A stretch of DNA of 64,000 nt from Bacteroidales bacterium (GTDB lineage: Bacteria > Bacteroidota > Bacteroidia > Bacteroidales > JACABE01): contig JBBRCQ010000002.1 in NCBI GenBank assembly GCA_038204725.1, positions 50,846 to 114,845 on the forward strand, written 5' to 3'. The translations under genes were made by a program, and so were the position numbers. Positions within the stretch are counted from its first letter, which is position 1. Each line of letters starts with the position of its first letter. The notes beneath the pieces were generated by a model that saw only the letters and a list, made by a program, of their open reading frames with translations, did no database searches and had not been told where the DNA came from. Of this stretch, positions 36,752 to 45,819 are shown in pieces.

Positions 36752-38206
36752 TCATTTCGATTTATTTTGAATGAGTGTAAGCAGCGATTTGAAATTTAAT
36801 AATTTTAGGAATGAAGCATAAACAATAGATAAAAATACCATCCCAATAAAGTTATACATCCATTTAGTTTCAATAAAATGTTTTGAAAAAATATTGATAA
36901 ATACTACACCGATAGCAAAAGCAAGTATTGAAATTAAAAAACGATAATCTACTTTGAATTTAAATACTTTTTGGGCAATGATTACCTGAATAATTGCACT
37001 CAGAAATTGTGTGATGATGCTTGAATAAGCTGATCCAACAGCTTCTAATCGTGGGATTAAAATAAAATTAAGCGAAATATTCAACAGCATTCCTGTAGCA
37101 GCTATAAAATTCAATTCTTTAAGATTTCCGTTTGCAGTGAGCAATGTTCCAAATACATAAGTAGTTGAAACTGCAATAAATCCCATCATCAGCCATTTAA
37201 AAACAGCTGCGGATTCTTCAACATGACTGGTATATAACAATCCCATAATTTCCATGCTGTAAAAAAAAGAACCGATGGCTACTACCAATGCTAATGTAAT
37301 AAGGAGTTTGTATGATAATTTTACAATATGCACAATCTCTTCTCCGTTTTTAAGCATTTTTGAAAACAATGGAAGCAAAAGCACGGCAAAAAGATATGCT
37401 ATCATATTGGTAGCATCCAGCAAACGATAGGAAGAAGCATAAATTCCAGCTTGTTCGTCACCTTTTGTATTGGGTAACAGCCTTTCTAGCATTACTGAAT
37501 CGATACGGTTGTAGAATGTCATCAACAAAGCCAGGATAGCAAAAGGAAAGCTTTGTTTTATAATCATTATAAAAAATGGTCGATTCCAATTGAGGCGGGT
37601 AAAAGCAGATTTTCGTTTGACAACAATAAATGCAATAATTGCAGTTATCAGATAAGCAGCAGTTTGTGCATATACAAACCATTCTATCTGGAAAGGACCT
37701 GAAATAACATTGCCCCATATCAAGATTCCACAAAATATAATCATTAGCGTTCTGTCCAATACCGAGACAATGCTATCGGTTTTAAACAGCAATAACCCTG
37801 AGATATTGCTTCTTAAGTACAAAACAAAAGAAATTAAAAACTGGTTGAATATCATCCAGCCCAATATATATAACTGATGGTTGCTATATCCAACCAACAG
37901 ACCAAAACTGAGCGTTAATACAGCAAAAACGAAGGCTAACATTAACTTAAGAATCAATATACCCGAAAAGTGTTTGTTGAGCAAATGATTGTTTTGGGCT
38001 ATGTTTTTGTTGTTGAAATTGGTAATGCCAAAGTCTAATAAAATATTGAAAAGAAAAGAAAAATTAAAGATTGCAAAATAAAACCCATAATCAGCAGCAC
38101 CTACCATATTTTGGACAGATCTGTCAATCCCTAAAATCCAAAATGGTTTGATTAAAAGATTTAAAGCTAACAGGAAGATAAGATTGGTAAGAAATTTTCG
38201 CTGCAT
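36752..38206 (-). CDS. Polysaccharide flippase (MOP/Wzx-like)
   Basis: 484 aa with about 12-14 TM segments, in glycan-locus context. Confidence 0.65.
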   Translation of the reverse strand: MQRKFLTNLIFLLALNLLIKPFWILGIDRSVQNMVGAADYGFYFAIFNFSFLFNILLDFGITNFNNKNIAQNNHLLNKHFSGILILKLMLAFVFAVLTLSFGLLVGYSNHQLYILGWMIFNQFLISFVLYLRSNISGLLLFKTDSIVSVLDRTLMIIFCGILIWGNVISGPFQIEWFVYAQTAAYLITAIIAFIVVKRKSAFTRLNWNRPFFIMIIKQSFPFAILALLMTFYNRIDSVMLERLLPNTKGDEQAGIYASSYRLLDATNMIAYLFAVLLLPLFSKMLKNGEEIVHIVKLSYKLLITLALVVAIGSFFYSMEIMGLLYTSHVEESAAVFKWLMMGFIAVSTTYVFGTLLTANGNLKELNFIAATGMLLNISLNFILIPRLEAVGSAYSSIITQFLSAIIQVIIAQKVFKFKVDYRFLISILAFAIGVVFINIFSKHFIETKWMYNFIGMVFLSIVYASFLKLLNFKSLLTLIQNKSK

Positions 38207-38373
38207 ATCGATAATTTAATCTGCAAAATTAACAAAGCTTTTCAAAATTCCTAAAAATATTGTCATTTACAAGCATAGTTTGTATAATTTTGTAAAATTA
38301 TAATAGAAAATGTAGGTTGAATTTTACTTGAACTTCAAACGCAAAGGATACATCTCTGTTTAAAAGACTAATA

Positions 38374-39498
38374 TTGATGATAATAGCTGTAAATACAAGA
38401 CTTTTGTTGAAAGATAAATTGGATGGAATCGGATGGTTTGCTTTCGAAACATTTAAACGGATTACACAACAACATCCTGAGCATCAATTTATATTTTTCT
38501 TTGATCGGCCTTTTCATAATGATTTTGTTTTTGCTGAAAATGTTACACCGGTTGTGCTTCATCCGCCTTCCCGTCATCCGGTATTGTGGTATCTTTTTTT
38601 TGAATGGAGCGTTGTTAAAGCTCTTAAGAAATATAAGGCTGATGTATTTATCTCACCTGATGGTTGGCTTTCATTACGCACTAAAGTGAAGTCTCTAGCA
38701 GTGATTCATGATTTGAATTTCGAACATTTTCCTCAGTTTGTTAAGTTCTCTCACCGCTTATACATGAATTATTTTTTTCATCGCTTTGCCCGAAAGGCCG
38801 ATCGAATTGTCACTGTTTCTGAATATTCCAAGAACGATATTGCAACCATGTATGGCATTTCAAAAGATAAAATTGATGTGGTGTTCAATGGTTCTCACGA
38901 TTTGTATAAACCGGTTAATGATGAAATTAAAAATAAAATAAGAGTAACATTTACCGATGGGAATCCTTATTTTATATTTATTGGATCGTTGCATCCGCGT
39001 AAAAATCTTGTCAATTTATTTAAAGCGTTCGATGTCTTCAGGAAAACCTATACAACAAAAACAAAGTTAGTATTGGTTGGTCATAAACAATGGTGGAACA
39101 ACGAAATCTCCGAAACCTATAATAATATGGAGTTTAAAGAAGAAGTTGTTTTTACAGGAAGACTGGCGCCAGAAATATTGAATGAATTGTTGGCTTCCTC
39201 TCTTGCATTAACTTATGTTTCCCTTTTTGAAGGATTTGGAATTCCAATTGTAGAAGCTTTTTATGCTGAAACTGCAGTAATTACCTCAAATGTTACTTCT
39301 ATGCCTGAAATAGCTGGTGATGCTGCTTTACTGGTGGATCCTTTTTCGATTACTTCTATCGCTGAAGCTATGCATAAAATTGACTCTGATAAAGAATTGC
39401 GGGATTCATTAATAGAAAAGGGTAGAATAAGACGGTTGAACTATAGCTGGGGTCTGACTGCAGAAAAATTATGGGAATCCATTGAAAAGATTTTATAA
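38374..39498 (+). CDS. Glycosyltransferase family 4
   Basis: 374 aa starting MMIIAVNTRLLLKDKLDGIGWF, with the GT4 C-terminal signature SLFEGFGIPIVEAFYAETAVITSNVTSMPEIAGDAALLVDP. Confidence 0.8.
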   Translation: MMIIAVNTRLLLKDKLDGIGWFAFETFKRITQQHPEHQFIFFFDRPFHNDFVFAENVTPVVLHPPSRHPVLWYLFFEWSVVKALKKYKADVFISPDGWLSLRTKVKSLAVIHDLNFEHFPQFVKFSHRLYMNYFFHRFARKADRIVTVSEYSKNDIATMYGISKDKIDVVFNGSHDLYKPVNDEIKNKIRVTFTDGNPYFIFIGSLHPRKNLVNLFKAFDVFRKTYTTKTKLVLVGHKQWWNNEISETYNNMEFKEEVVFTGRLAPEILNELLASSLALTYVSLFEGFGIPIVEAFYAETAVITSNVTSMPEIAGDAALLVDPFSITSIAEAMHKIDSDKELRDSLIEKGRIRRLNYSWGLTAEKLWESIEKIL

Positions 39499-39581
39499 TT
39501 TATGGTTACAAAATCCGTTATATAGGAAACAATACATGAAATTCTGATTCATCGAACGAATCGTTGAAATGTTTGACAATT

Positions 39582-39630
39582 AAGACTGATATATAGTATC
39601 ATTTGCTAAAGTATGATGATACAGTCTTTT
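39582..39630 (+). terminator. Long hairpin + T-run after the GT4 gene
   Basis: AAGACTG...GTATCAT-loop-ATGATAC...CAGTCTT, followed by TTTT. Confidence 0.5.
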
Positions 39631-39648
39631 AAAAACGAATAAAAAAAA

Positions 39649-40281
39649 TTGAAATTGAGTAAAGATATATTGTTAGATCAGGGAAAAAAACTTCCTGTAA
39701 TGGAAGAATTTTACAGTTTGCAGGGAGAAGGATTTCATACAGGTGAAGCAGCCTATTTTATAAGGGTCGGTGGATGTGATGTTGGATGTTATTGGTGCGA
39801 TGTAAAAGAATCGTGGAATGCTGATACACATCCTGCAATTTTTACCGATGCTATCATCGAAAGAGCAACTGGTTTTCCTGCAAAAGCAGTTATTGTAACC
39901 GGTGGTGAACCATTAAATTATAACCTGAATTACATATGCGATCAACTTCAACAAAGAGGCATAAAAACATTTTTAGAAACATCGGGTTCTCTTCCCATGA
40001 GTGGAAAATGGGACTGGATTTGTCTTTCTCCCAAACAAAATATACCACCTGTTGCAGCCAACTTTTTGTTGGCAGGCGAATTGAAAGTAATTATTTCTGA
40101 AGATGCTGACTTTGGATGGGCTGAACTGAATGCCGCAAAAGTAAAACACGGATGTATTATGTATCTGCAACCCGAATGGAGCAAAAGAAATGAAATGATG
40201 CCTAAAATTGTTGACTATGTAATGATGCATCCAGAATGGAAAATATCGTTGCAAAGTCATAAGTATATGAGGATTCCTTAA
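39649..40281 (+). CDS. queE: 7-carboxy-7-deazaguanine synthase (radical SAM)
   Basis: 210 aa with EEFYSLQGEGFHTGEAAYFIRVGGCDVGCYWCD. The track start is TTG at 39649; an ATG (MEEFYSLQ) at 39700 is an alternative start. Confidence 0.85.
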   Translation: MKLSKDILLDQGKKLPVMEEFYSLQGEGFHTGEAAYFIRVGGCDVGCYWCDVKESWNADTHPAIFTDAIIERATGFPAKAVIVTGGEPLNYNLNYICDQLQQRGIKTFLETSGSLPMSGKWDWICLSPKQNIPPVAANFLLAGELKVIISEDADFGWAELNAAKVKHGCIMYLQPEWSKRNEMMPKIVDYVMMHPEWKISLQSHKYMRIP

Positions 40282-40291
40282 GTAAGAGAGA

Positions 40292-40417
40292 TAAGTCGGA
40301 AGTCGGAAGTCGGAAGTCGGAAGTCCGAAGTCGGAAGTCGGAAGTCCGAAGATTGAAGATTGAAGATTGAAGATTGAAGATTGAAGATTGAAGATTGAAG
40401 ATTGAAGATTGAAGATT
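40292..40417. repeat. 18 phased heptamers: 8 x GAAGTC(G/C), then 10 x GAAGATT
   Basis: Direct reading. The GAAGATT copies start at 40348, 40355 ... 40411. Confidence 0.97.
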
Positions 40418-40459
40418 GAAAAAGACCAATTACCAATAATATAATAACTAAAATATAGA

Positions 40460-42418
40460 ATGCAAAGACATAACCTGGTAAGAACAATATTGCTGTTATT
40501 GATGATGGTCTTTATGACAAGTATTTCTTATTCGCAAAAAGGAGTACCATTAAGTTCGAAATCGAAAAAAGCCATCAAGTATTATGAAAATGCCACGCGT
40601 TTTTATGATGCGCGTAATAATTTGTTATGCATTGAAGAATTACACAAAGCTGTGGATGAAGATCCTGAATTTATTGAAGCTTATTTTTTAATGGCAGCAG
40701 TTTACAATGATTTACGGAAAAAGGAAGATGCCATTGTTGCCTATCAAAAAGCCATCGCCATCAAAGAAGATTTTTATCCGGGTGCCCTTTTTGCGCTGGG
40801 TAATCTTCAGCTTTCAATCGGTAGATACGAAGATGCAGGCATCAACTATCAAAAATATTTAGAACTAGATCAAGGATCACCTGTTAATCTTAAGGCGGCA
40901 AAAAAAGCATTGAAAATTATTGATTTTGCCATGTATCAACTTGCTCATCCTGTACCTTTCAACCTGATAAATATGGGAAGCAATGTGAATTCTGAAAATG
41001 ATGAGTATCTACCGGCCATCACTGCTGATGAACAAACGCTTGTAATTACAGTTTGTCGTCAGAGAGATGATCATACGATCGGTCAGGGAAATAAGCTGGA
41101 AGAAGACTTCTATATAAGCCATAAAGTCAACGGTGTTTGGTCGAAAGCCGAAAATATGGGGCCACCATTGAATACGCATGGAAACGAAGGTGCACAATGT
41201 ATTTCGCCGGATGGACAAAATATTTATTTTACCGCCTGCAACCGTGACGATGGTTATGGAAGCTGTGATATTTATTATACCCATAAAATTGGGAATGCAT
41301 GGACAATACCGGTAAATCTTGGTGAAACTGTAAATACATCTAAATGGGAATCCCAACCTTCAATATCATCGGATGGAAAAACTTTATATTTTACAAGTGC
41401 ACGTGATGGAGGAAAAGGAGGTATGGATATATGGAAAACTATATTAAATGAAGAGGGGAAATGGAGTGTTCCGGTTAATTTGGGAGATAGTATCAATACT
41501 ATATTTGATGAAGTCTCACCTTTTATTCATCCTGATAATCAAACACTTTATTTTTCTTCGGACGGGAGATTGGGTATGGGAGGCAAAGATATTTATTATT
41601 CTCGTAAAAATGTGAAGGGAGAATGGGGTAGACCTGTAAATATTGGTTATCCCATCAATACCTATGCCGACGAGATTAATCTCGTAGTAAATGCCAAAGG
41701 TGATTTGGCTTATTTCTCCTCTAACAAACCCGGTGGAATGGGCAGACTCGATTTGTATAGTTTTGAACTGTATCCTGAAGCACGGCCATTGGCAGTTAAT
41801 TATATGAAAGGCAAAGTTTACGACAGCGAAACCAACAGGAATTTAGAAGCCAGATTTGAATTGATCAACCTTGAAAATGGTGAAATGGTTATGCAATCCA
41901 AGTCCAATGCTTTGTCAGGTGAATTTTTAGTGTGTCTTCCGGTGGATAAAAACTACGCATTGAATATTTCAAAAGAAGGTTATTTGTTTTATTCCGAAAA
42001 TTTTTCCATGGAAGGAAATCATTCCGAAATGAAACCTTTTTTGAAAGACTTACCATTAAAACCTATTAAAGTTGGAGCCTCTGTAGTGTTGAAAAATATA
42101 TTCTTTGAAACCGATCAGTTTAATTTAAAACCTGAATCCAAAGTGGAATTGAATAAGCTGATGACTTTTTTGATGCAAAATCCTCGCATGAAGATAGAAA
42201 TCAGTGGCCATACCGATAATGTCGGTACCGAAAAATACAATCTTACCTTATCGGACAACAGAGCAAAATCAGTTTTTGATTATTTGATTGCCAATGGAGT
42301 TGTATCAACACGATTGACATACAAAGGCTACGGATGGTCAAAGCCAATTGAAAGTAATGATACTGAAAGTGGAAGAGCAAATAACAGGAGGACAGAATTT
42401 AAAGTGGTTGCGAATTAA
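40460..42418 (+). CDS. OmpA-family protein with N-terminal TPR repeats and TolB-like (PD40/WD40-like) beta-propeller repeats
   Basis: 652 aa. Signal peptide, TPR region, repeated SPDGQNIYF/SSDGKTLYFTS motifs, and an OmpA_C domain (ISGHTDNVGTEKYNLTLSDNRAKSV...NRRTEFKV). Confidence 0.85.
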   Translation: MQRHNLVRTILLLLMMVFMTSISYSQKGVPLSSKSKKAIKYYENATRFYDARNNLLCIEELHKAVDEDPEFIEAYFLMAAVYNDLRKKEDAIVAYQKAIAIKEDFYPGALFALGNLQLSIGRYEDAGINYQKYLELDQGSPVNLKAAKKALKIIDFAMYQLAHPVPFNLINMGSNVNSENDEYLPAITADEQTLVITVCRQRDDHTIGQGNKLEEDFYISHKVNGVWSKAENMGPPLNTHGNEGAQCISPDGQNIYFTACNRDDGYGSCDIYYTHKIGNAWTIPVNLGETVNTSKWESQPSISSDGKTLYFTSARDGGKGGMDIWKTILNEEGKWSVPVNLGDSINTIFDEVSPFIHPDNQTLYFSSDGRLGMGGKDIYYSRKNVKGEWGRPVNIGYPINTYADEINLVVNAKGDLAYFSSNKPGGMGRLDLYSFELYPEARPLAVNYMKGKVYDSETNRNLEARFELINLENGEMVMQSKSNALSGEFLVCLPVDKNYALNISKEGYLFYSENFSMEGNHSEMKPFLKDLPLKPIKVGASVVLKNIFFETDQFNLKPESKVELNKLMTFLMQNPRMKIEISGHTDNVGTEKYNLTLSDNRAKSVFDYLIANGVVSTRLTYKGYGWSKPIESNDTESGRANNRRTEFKVVAN

Positions 42419-42468
42419 TTTGGAATCTTTTTGATTTGTTTTATGTTTCCAATTTTATCGCTTATTGA

Positions 42469-42741
42469 ATGAATTTCAATAGCATCTTGTTGAATGGCAA
42501 AAGTATCCGGTTGAATGTCAAAAGCATCCGTATGAGTAGCAAAAGCTTATTAACGAATTAAAAAACCAACCGGATGAATAGCAAAAGTATTCGGGTGAGT
42601 GATAAAACCATCCAGATGAATTGCAAAAGCATACTGACGAATGATAAAACCAACCGGACGAATTGCAAATGCATCTGAATAAATACCAAAAGCATTCCCG
42701 TGAATGGCAATACTGTTTCATTGAATTGCTGTAAAGGATTT
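42469..42741. repeat. Degenerate 21-nt tandem repeat, about 13 units (consensus RTGAATNGCAAAAGCATCCGG)
   Basis: Units were phased by eye from 42469. Stops occur in all frames. Confidence 0.8.
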
Positions 42742-43018
42742 GTGAAAGTAAACAAGATTTTTATTGTATAAAAATCTTGTTTACTTTTGATATTTAAGCT
42801 ATGCCATTTAAAAAAACACCTTTGTTCCTTTGTATCTGTAATATAATGAGCGTATAGCATTTCTGCTGATCACTAATTATCTTGCTTTAACATAAAAATT
42901 TAATAAAATATTAATTAATTTAAAAATTATTAGGATTTGAAATCTTTTGATATATTTTTGTCAAAAATTTATTGTTAATCAATTCACAGCACTTACTGAT
43001 TTTTAAAAAATTAAAACG

Positions 43019-43702
43019 ATGAAAAAGGTTTTATTACAAAAATTTAGGATGTATGGCAGTCTAAGAAATGTTTTAACATCCAATGATCTTATCTGGATCA
43101 GTTCTTTGCCATTAAAACAGAAGGTTGAAGAATTTTATGCTTATATGGAAAGTATTGAGAAAAAAGATCATGGTCGGAAAAGTTCAAAGAGTTTTACAAA
43201 AGAAAAAACTCAGGTGTTTGAAAAGATGCTGGATGCCACTCTAATTGTATGTAGTGCTGGAGCTGCTTATGCAGGGGTAATGAACGACGAAAAATTAAAA
43301 GAAGTATTTAACTTTACAAAAAGTTCTTTGAAATTCGGTTACGAAGAAGACGTACAGGAACGTTGCCGGAAAATTGGTGAGGATGCAGCATTAATAGCTG
43401 ATAAGCTTGTTGACTATAATATTTCGAAGGCACAGCTTGATGAACTAAATATAGCTGTAGTAGATTTCTATAAATTAATGGATGTACCCGGTAATGTTAG
43501 GGATAAAAGCAGAGATTTAAATCAGGAAATGATAGCTTTGTTTGATAAATGTGATAAATTACTGAATGAAATCATAGACAAAATGATGCAGACTTATAAA
43601 AACAACCATCCTGATTTTTTTCTGGAATATACCAATGCAAGGCATATAGGGGGATGGAGTAAGAAAAAGAAAGATGAAGGGGAAGAAAAGATTGTATCAT
43701 AG
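43019..43702 (+). CDS. Hypothetical helical protein
   Basis: 227 aa, no recognisable motif. Lys/Glu-rich tail. Confidence 0.5.
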   Translation: MKKVLLQKFRMYGSLRNVLTSNDLIWISSLPLKQKVEEFYAYMESIEKKDHGRKSSKSFTKEKTQVFEKMLDATLIVCSAGAAYAGVMNDEKLKEVFNFTKSSLKFGYEEDVQERCRKIGEDAALIADKLVDYNISKAQLDELNIAVVDFYKLMDVPGNVRDKSRDLNQEMIALFDKCDKLLNEIIDKMMQTYKNNHPDFFLEYTNARHIGGWSKKKKDEGEEKIVS

Positions 43703-43932
43703 GCGGATTGCTGCTTCATTTATTTAAAAAGGTGTAATGTTTGGTAGGGCATTGCATCTTTTTTTGCAAGAATTTGGTGTTTTGTATACTTAGCGATTTA
43801 ATTCGTATCATGATGTACTTTAAAAACTTTATGAACTTTAAAAAATGTTGCATTTTGTTAGCAAATAAAGAAAAGAATGTCTAATATTAAAAAGGTATTT
43901 ATATAAGAAAAATAGAATTTAAAGAATAAAAA

Positions 43933-44697
43933 ATGTCCTACAATCCCAACCGCCATCATCGCCGAAGCATCCGCCTGAAAGGATATGATTATTCGCAGAC
44001 GGGGATGTATTTTATTACAATTTGTTGCCATAACCATAACTATCGTTTTGGGAAAATCGAGAAAGGGAAAATGAAACTGAATAATTATGGTGAAATTGCC
44101 GGAATAGAATGGTTTTGTTTACAGGAAAGGTTTAGTAATATACGATTAGATGCGTTTGTTGTAATGCCTAATCATATTCATTGTATTATCATTATCAAAA
44201 AAAATAAATATACGGGGGCGGGGTTTACCCCCGCCAATACCCTAACCCCAACGTATAATTCCGTAGGGGCGGGGCTTGCCCCCGCCCTAATAGGACAACC
44301 CGCAAATCAAAATTCAGGGATCAACACCGGTCAGATAATCAACCAATATCAATTGGAAGATAAAAACGAAAAGGGCGATCGTAAAGATCGCCCCAACGAC
44401 GAATCAGAAGGGCTAGACGCAGAGGGCGACCGTAAAGGTCGCCCTGACGAACCAATGGACGAAAGGGAAGAAGAAAAGAAGGTGACCATTGGCGCAATCA
44501 TTGGAGCATATAAGTCTTTGGTGTTTAATAATTGTCTGAAATCAGCCAAAGAAAATAATCTGTATTTAGGTAAGTTCTGGCAAAGAGATTTTTTTGAAAA
44601 TATTGTACGCAATGAAGCAGCTTATAAGAAAATAACTGACTATATTATTCATAATCCTGAAAGATGGGAAGATGATAAATTTTATACTAAAGATTAA
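43933..44697 (+). CDS. REP-associated tyrosine transposase (RAYT; IS200-like Y1 HUH family) with about 85-codon internal insertion
   Basis: 254 aa. N-terminal HRRSIRLKGYDYSQTGMYFITICC, HUH motif VMPNHIHCII, WQRDFFENIVRNE, and a catalytic-Tyr helix ITDYIIHNPERW. Confidence 0.8.
   Translation: MSYNPNRHHRRSIRLKGYDYSQTGMYFITICCHNHNYRFGKIEKGKMKLNNYGEIAGIEWFCLQERFSNIRLDAFVVMPNHIHCIIIIKKNKYTGAGFTPANTLTPTYNSVGAGLAPALIGQPANQNSGINTGQIINQYQLEDKNEKGDRKDRPNDESEGLDAEGDRKGRPDEPMDEREEEKKVTIGAIIGAYKSLVFNNCLKSAKENNLYLGKFWQRDFFENIVRNEAAYKKITDYIIHNPERWEDDKFYTKD
44217..44444. repeat. Four GC-rich perfect stem-loops inside the RAYT CDS (44217-44235, 44267-44287, 44373-44393, 44424-44444)
   Basis: GGCGGGG/CCCCGCC; GGGCGGGG/CCCCGCCC (preceded by GTAG at 44263-44266); GGGCGATC/GATCGCCC; GGGCGACC/GGTCGCCC. 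Confidence 0.95.
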
Positions 44698-44700
44698 TTT

Positions 44701-44817
44701 ATGAAATTTACTGATGAATCTCTCGAACTTGCCGTAATCGAATTGTTTGAAATGGAACAAATAGAAACTGCCGGAGATCATCCCGCAACAATACATCACT
44801 CATTTCTTTGTGAATAA
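44701..44817 (+). pseudogene. 38-codon fragment resembling the N-terminus of a type I restriction enzyme R subunit (HsdR)
   Basis: MKFTDESLELAVIELFEMEQIETAGDHPATIHHSFLCE*. The first roughly 20 residues resemble HsdR N-termini (M-x-F/L-T/N-E..LE.A.IELF). The ORF then truncates. Confidence 0.35.
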
Positions 44818-44867
44818 AAAACCCATTGCAATGCGGTTCACATTGGAAAGAATTTAGTAAATATTAT

Positions 44868-45734
44868 TTAAATCCTCTCCAGCACTTTTCCCACCAATTC
44901 TCTTACCGGTTTTTTGTAATCCTGACTGAATTGCTTGGAAACACGGTTGGCAATCAATACACAAATGGTAAGGGTTTCGTGTCCCAGCATAGCGCCTAAA
45001 CCATATAAAGCAGAAGTTTCCATTTCCAGGTTACATATTCTATGATTGTTGTAACGGAATGTTTCCAGTTTATCGTTGATGTCGGGATAGGCGAGTTCTA
45101 AACGTATTTGCCTGCCTTGTGGTCCGTAAAAACCAGGTGCAGTTGCTGTTATTCCTTTATTGAAATCAATTCCTATTTTATCCATTAGTTTTTGAGAAGC
45201 TTTTACAACATAGGGTGTAGGCAGATTTTTACCCCATTGCGTATGTTTGATAAAGGCTGCTGTCATATCATGATCATTAACATCATTGGATGCTTTATAG
45301 AAATGCAACATGCCGTCTAATCCCAGACCATATTCAGACATCATAAATGAATCCACCTCCAGGTCGCCTTGCAAAGCTCCGGAAGTGCCCAGTCTAATGA
45401 TATTTAAGCTAGTGTGTTTGTCTTTTGGCTCCCGCTTTATAAGGTCTACATTTACTAAAGCATCCAGTTCGTTCATCACGATATCAATGTTATCGGGTCC
45501 CATGCCGGTTGAGACAACGCTGATGCGTTTATTGTTGAAATAACCTGTATGTGTACACAATTCGCGATTGAGCACTTTAAATTCAATAGAATCAAACAAT
45601 GCTGATATTTCGGGTACCCGACCGGGGTCACCCACAACGATAATATTTTCAGCTAAATTTTCCGGATGAAGCTTTAGGTGATAGATGCTACCATCGGGAC
45701 TGATAATTAATTCAGATTCTTTTATTTTTGTCAT
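44868..45734 (-). CDS. Nucleoside phosphorylase (PNP/UDP family 1, uridine-phosphorylase-like)
   Basis: 288 aa with IVVGDPGRV, VSTGMGPDNIDIVMNEL, RLGTSGAL and EMETSALY motifs. Confidence 0.75.
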   Translation of the reverse strand: MTKIKESELIISPDGSIYHLKLHPENLAENIIVVGDPGRVPEISALFDSIEFKVLNRELCTHTGYFNNKRISVVSTGMGPDNIDIVMNELDALVNVDLIKREPKDKHTSLNIIRLGTSGALQGDLEVDSFMMSEYGLGLDGMLHFYKASNDVNDHDMTAAFIKHTQWGKNLPTPYVVKASQKLMDKIGIDFNKGITATAPGFYGPQGRQIRLELAYPDINDKLETFRYNNHRICNLEMETSALYGLGAMLGHETLTICVLIANRVSKQFSQDYKKPVRELVGKVLERI

Positions 45735-45819
45735 TGTTAAAACAATTTATTTATTACATTTGTTTAGTTTTTCAAAATTAAGAAATTATACAATATAAAT
45801 ACTATCATTTATAAAAAAT

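Noticed and set aside
39499-39648. Possible preQ1 riboswitch upstream of queE
   Set aside because: I could not find the short preQ1-I/II hairpin with an A-rich tail. The main structure there is a long hairpin followed by a T-run, best read as the terminator of the upstream GT4 gene.
40202-40487. Track ORFs 40202..40429 and 40278..40487 (FNLQSSIFNLQSSI...)
   Set aside because: They are pure translations of the heptamer array on the antisense strand. They overlap each other and the queE end, so they are artefacts.
42518-42860. Track ORFs 42518..42721 and 42558..42860
   Set aside because: They are Cys/Phe/Ser-rich translations of the degenerate 21-nt repeat on the antisense strand. They overlap in different frames.
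44349-44612. Minus-strand track ORF inside the RAYT gene
   Set aside because: It is an antisense shadow ORF generated by the GC-rich palindromic insert, since palindromes read open on both strands.
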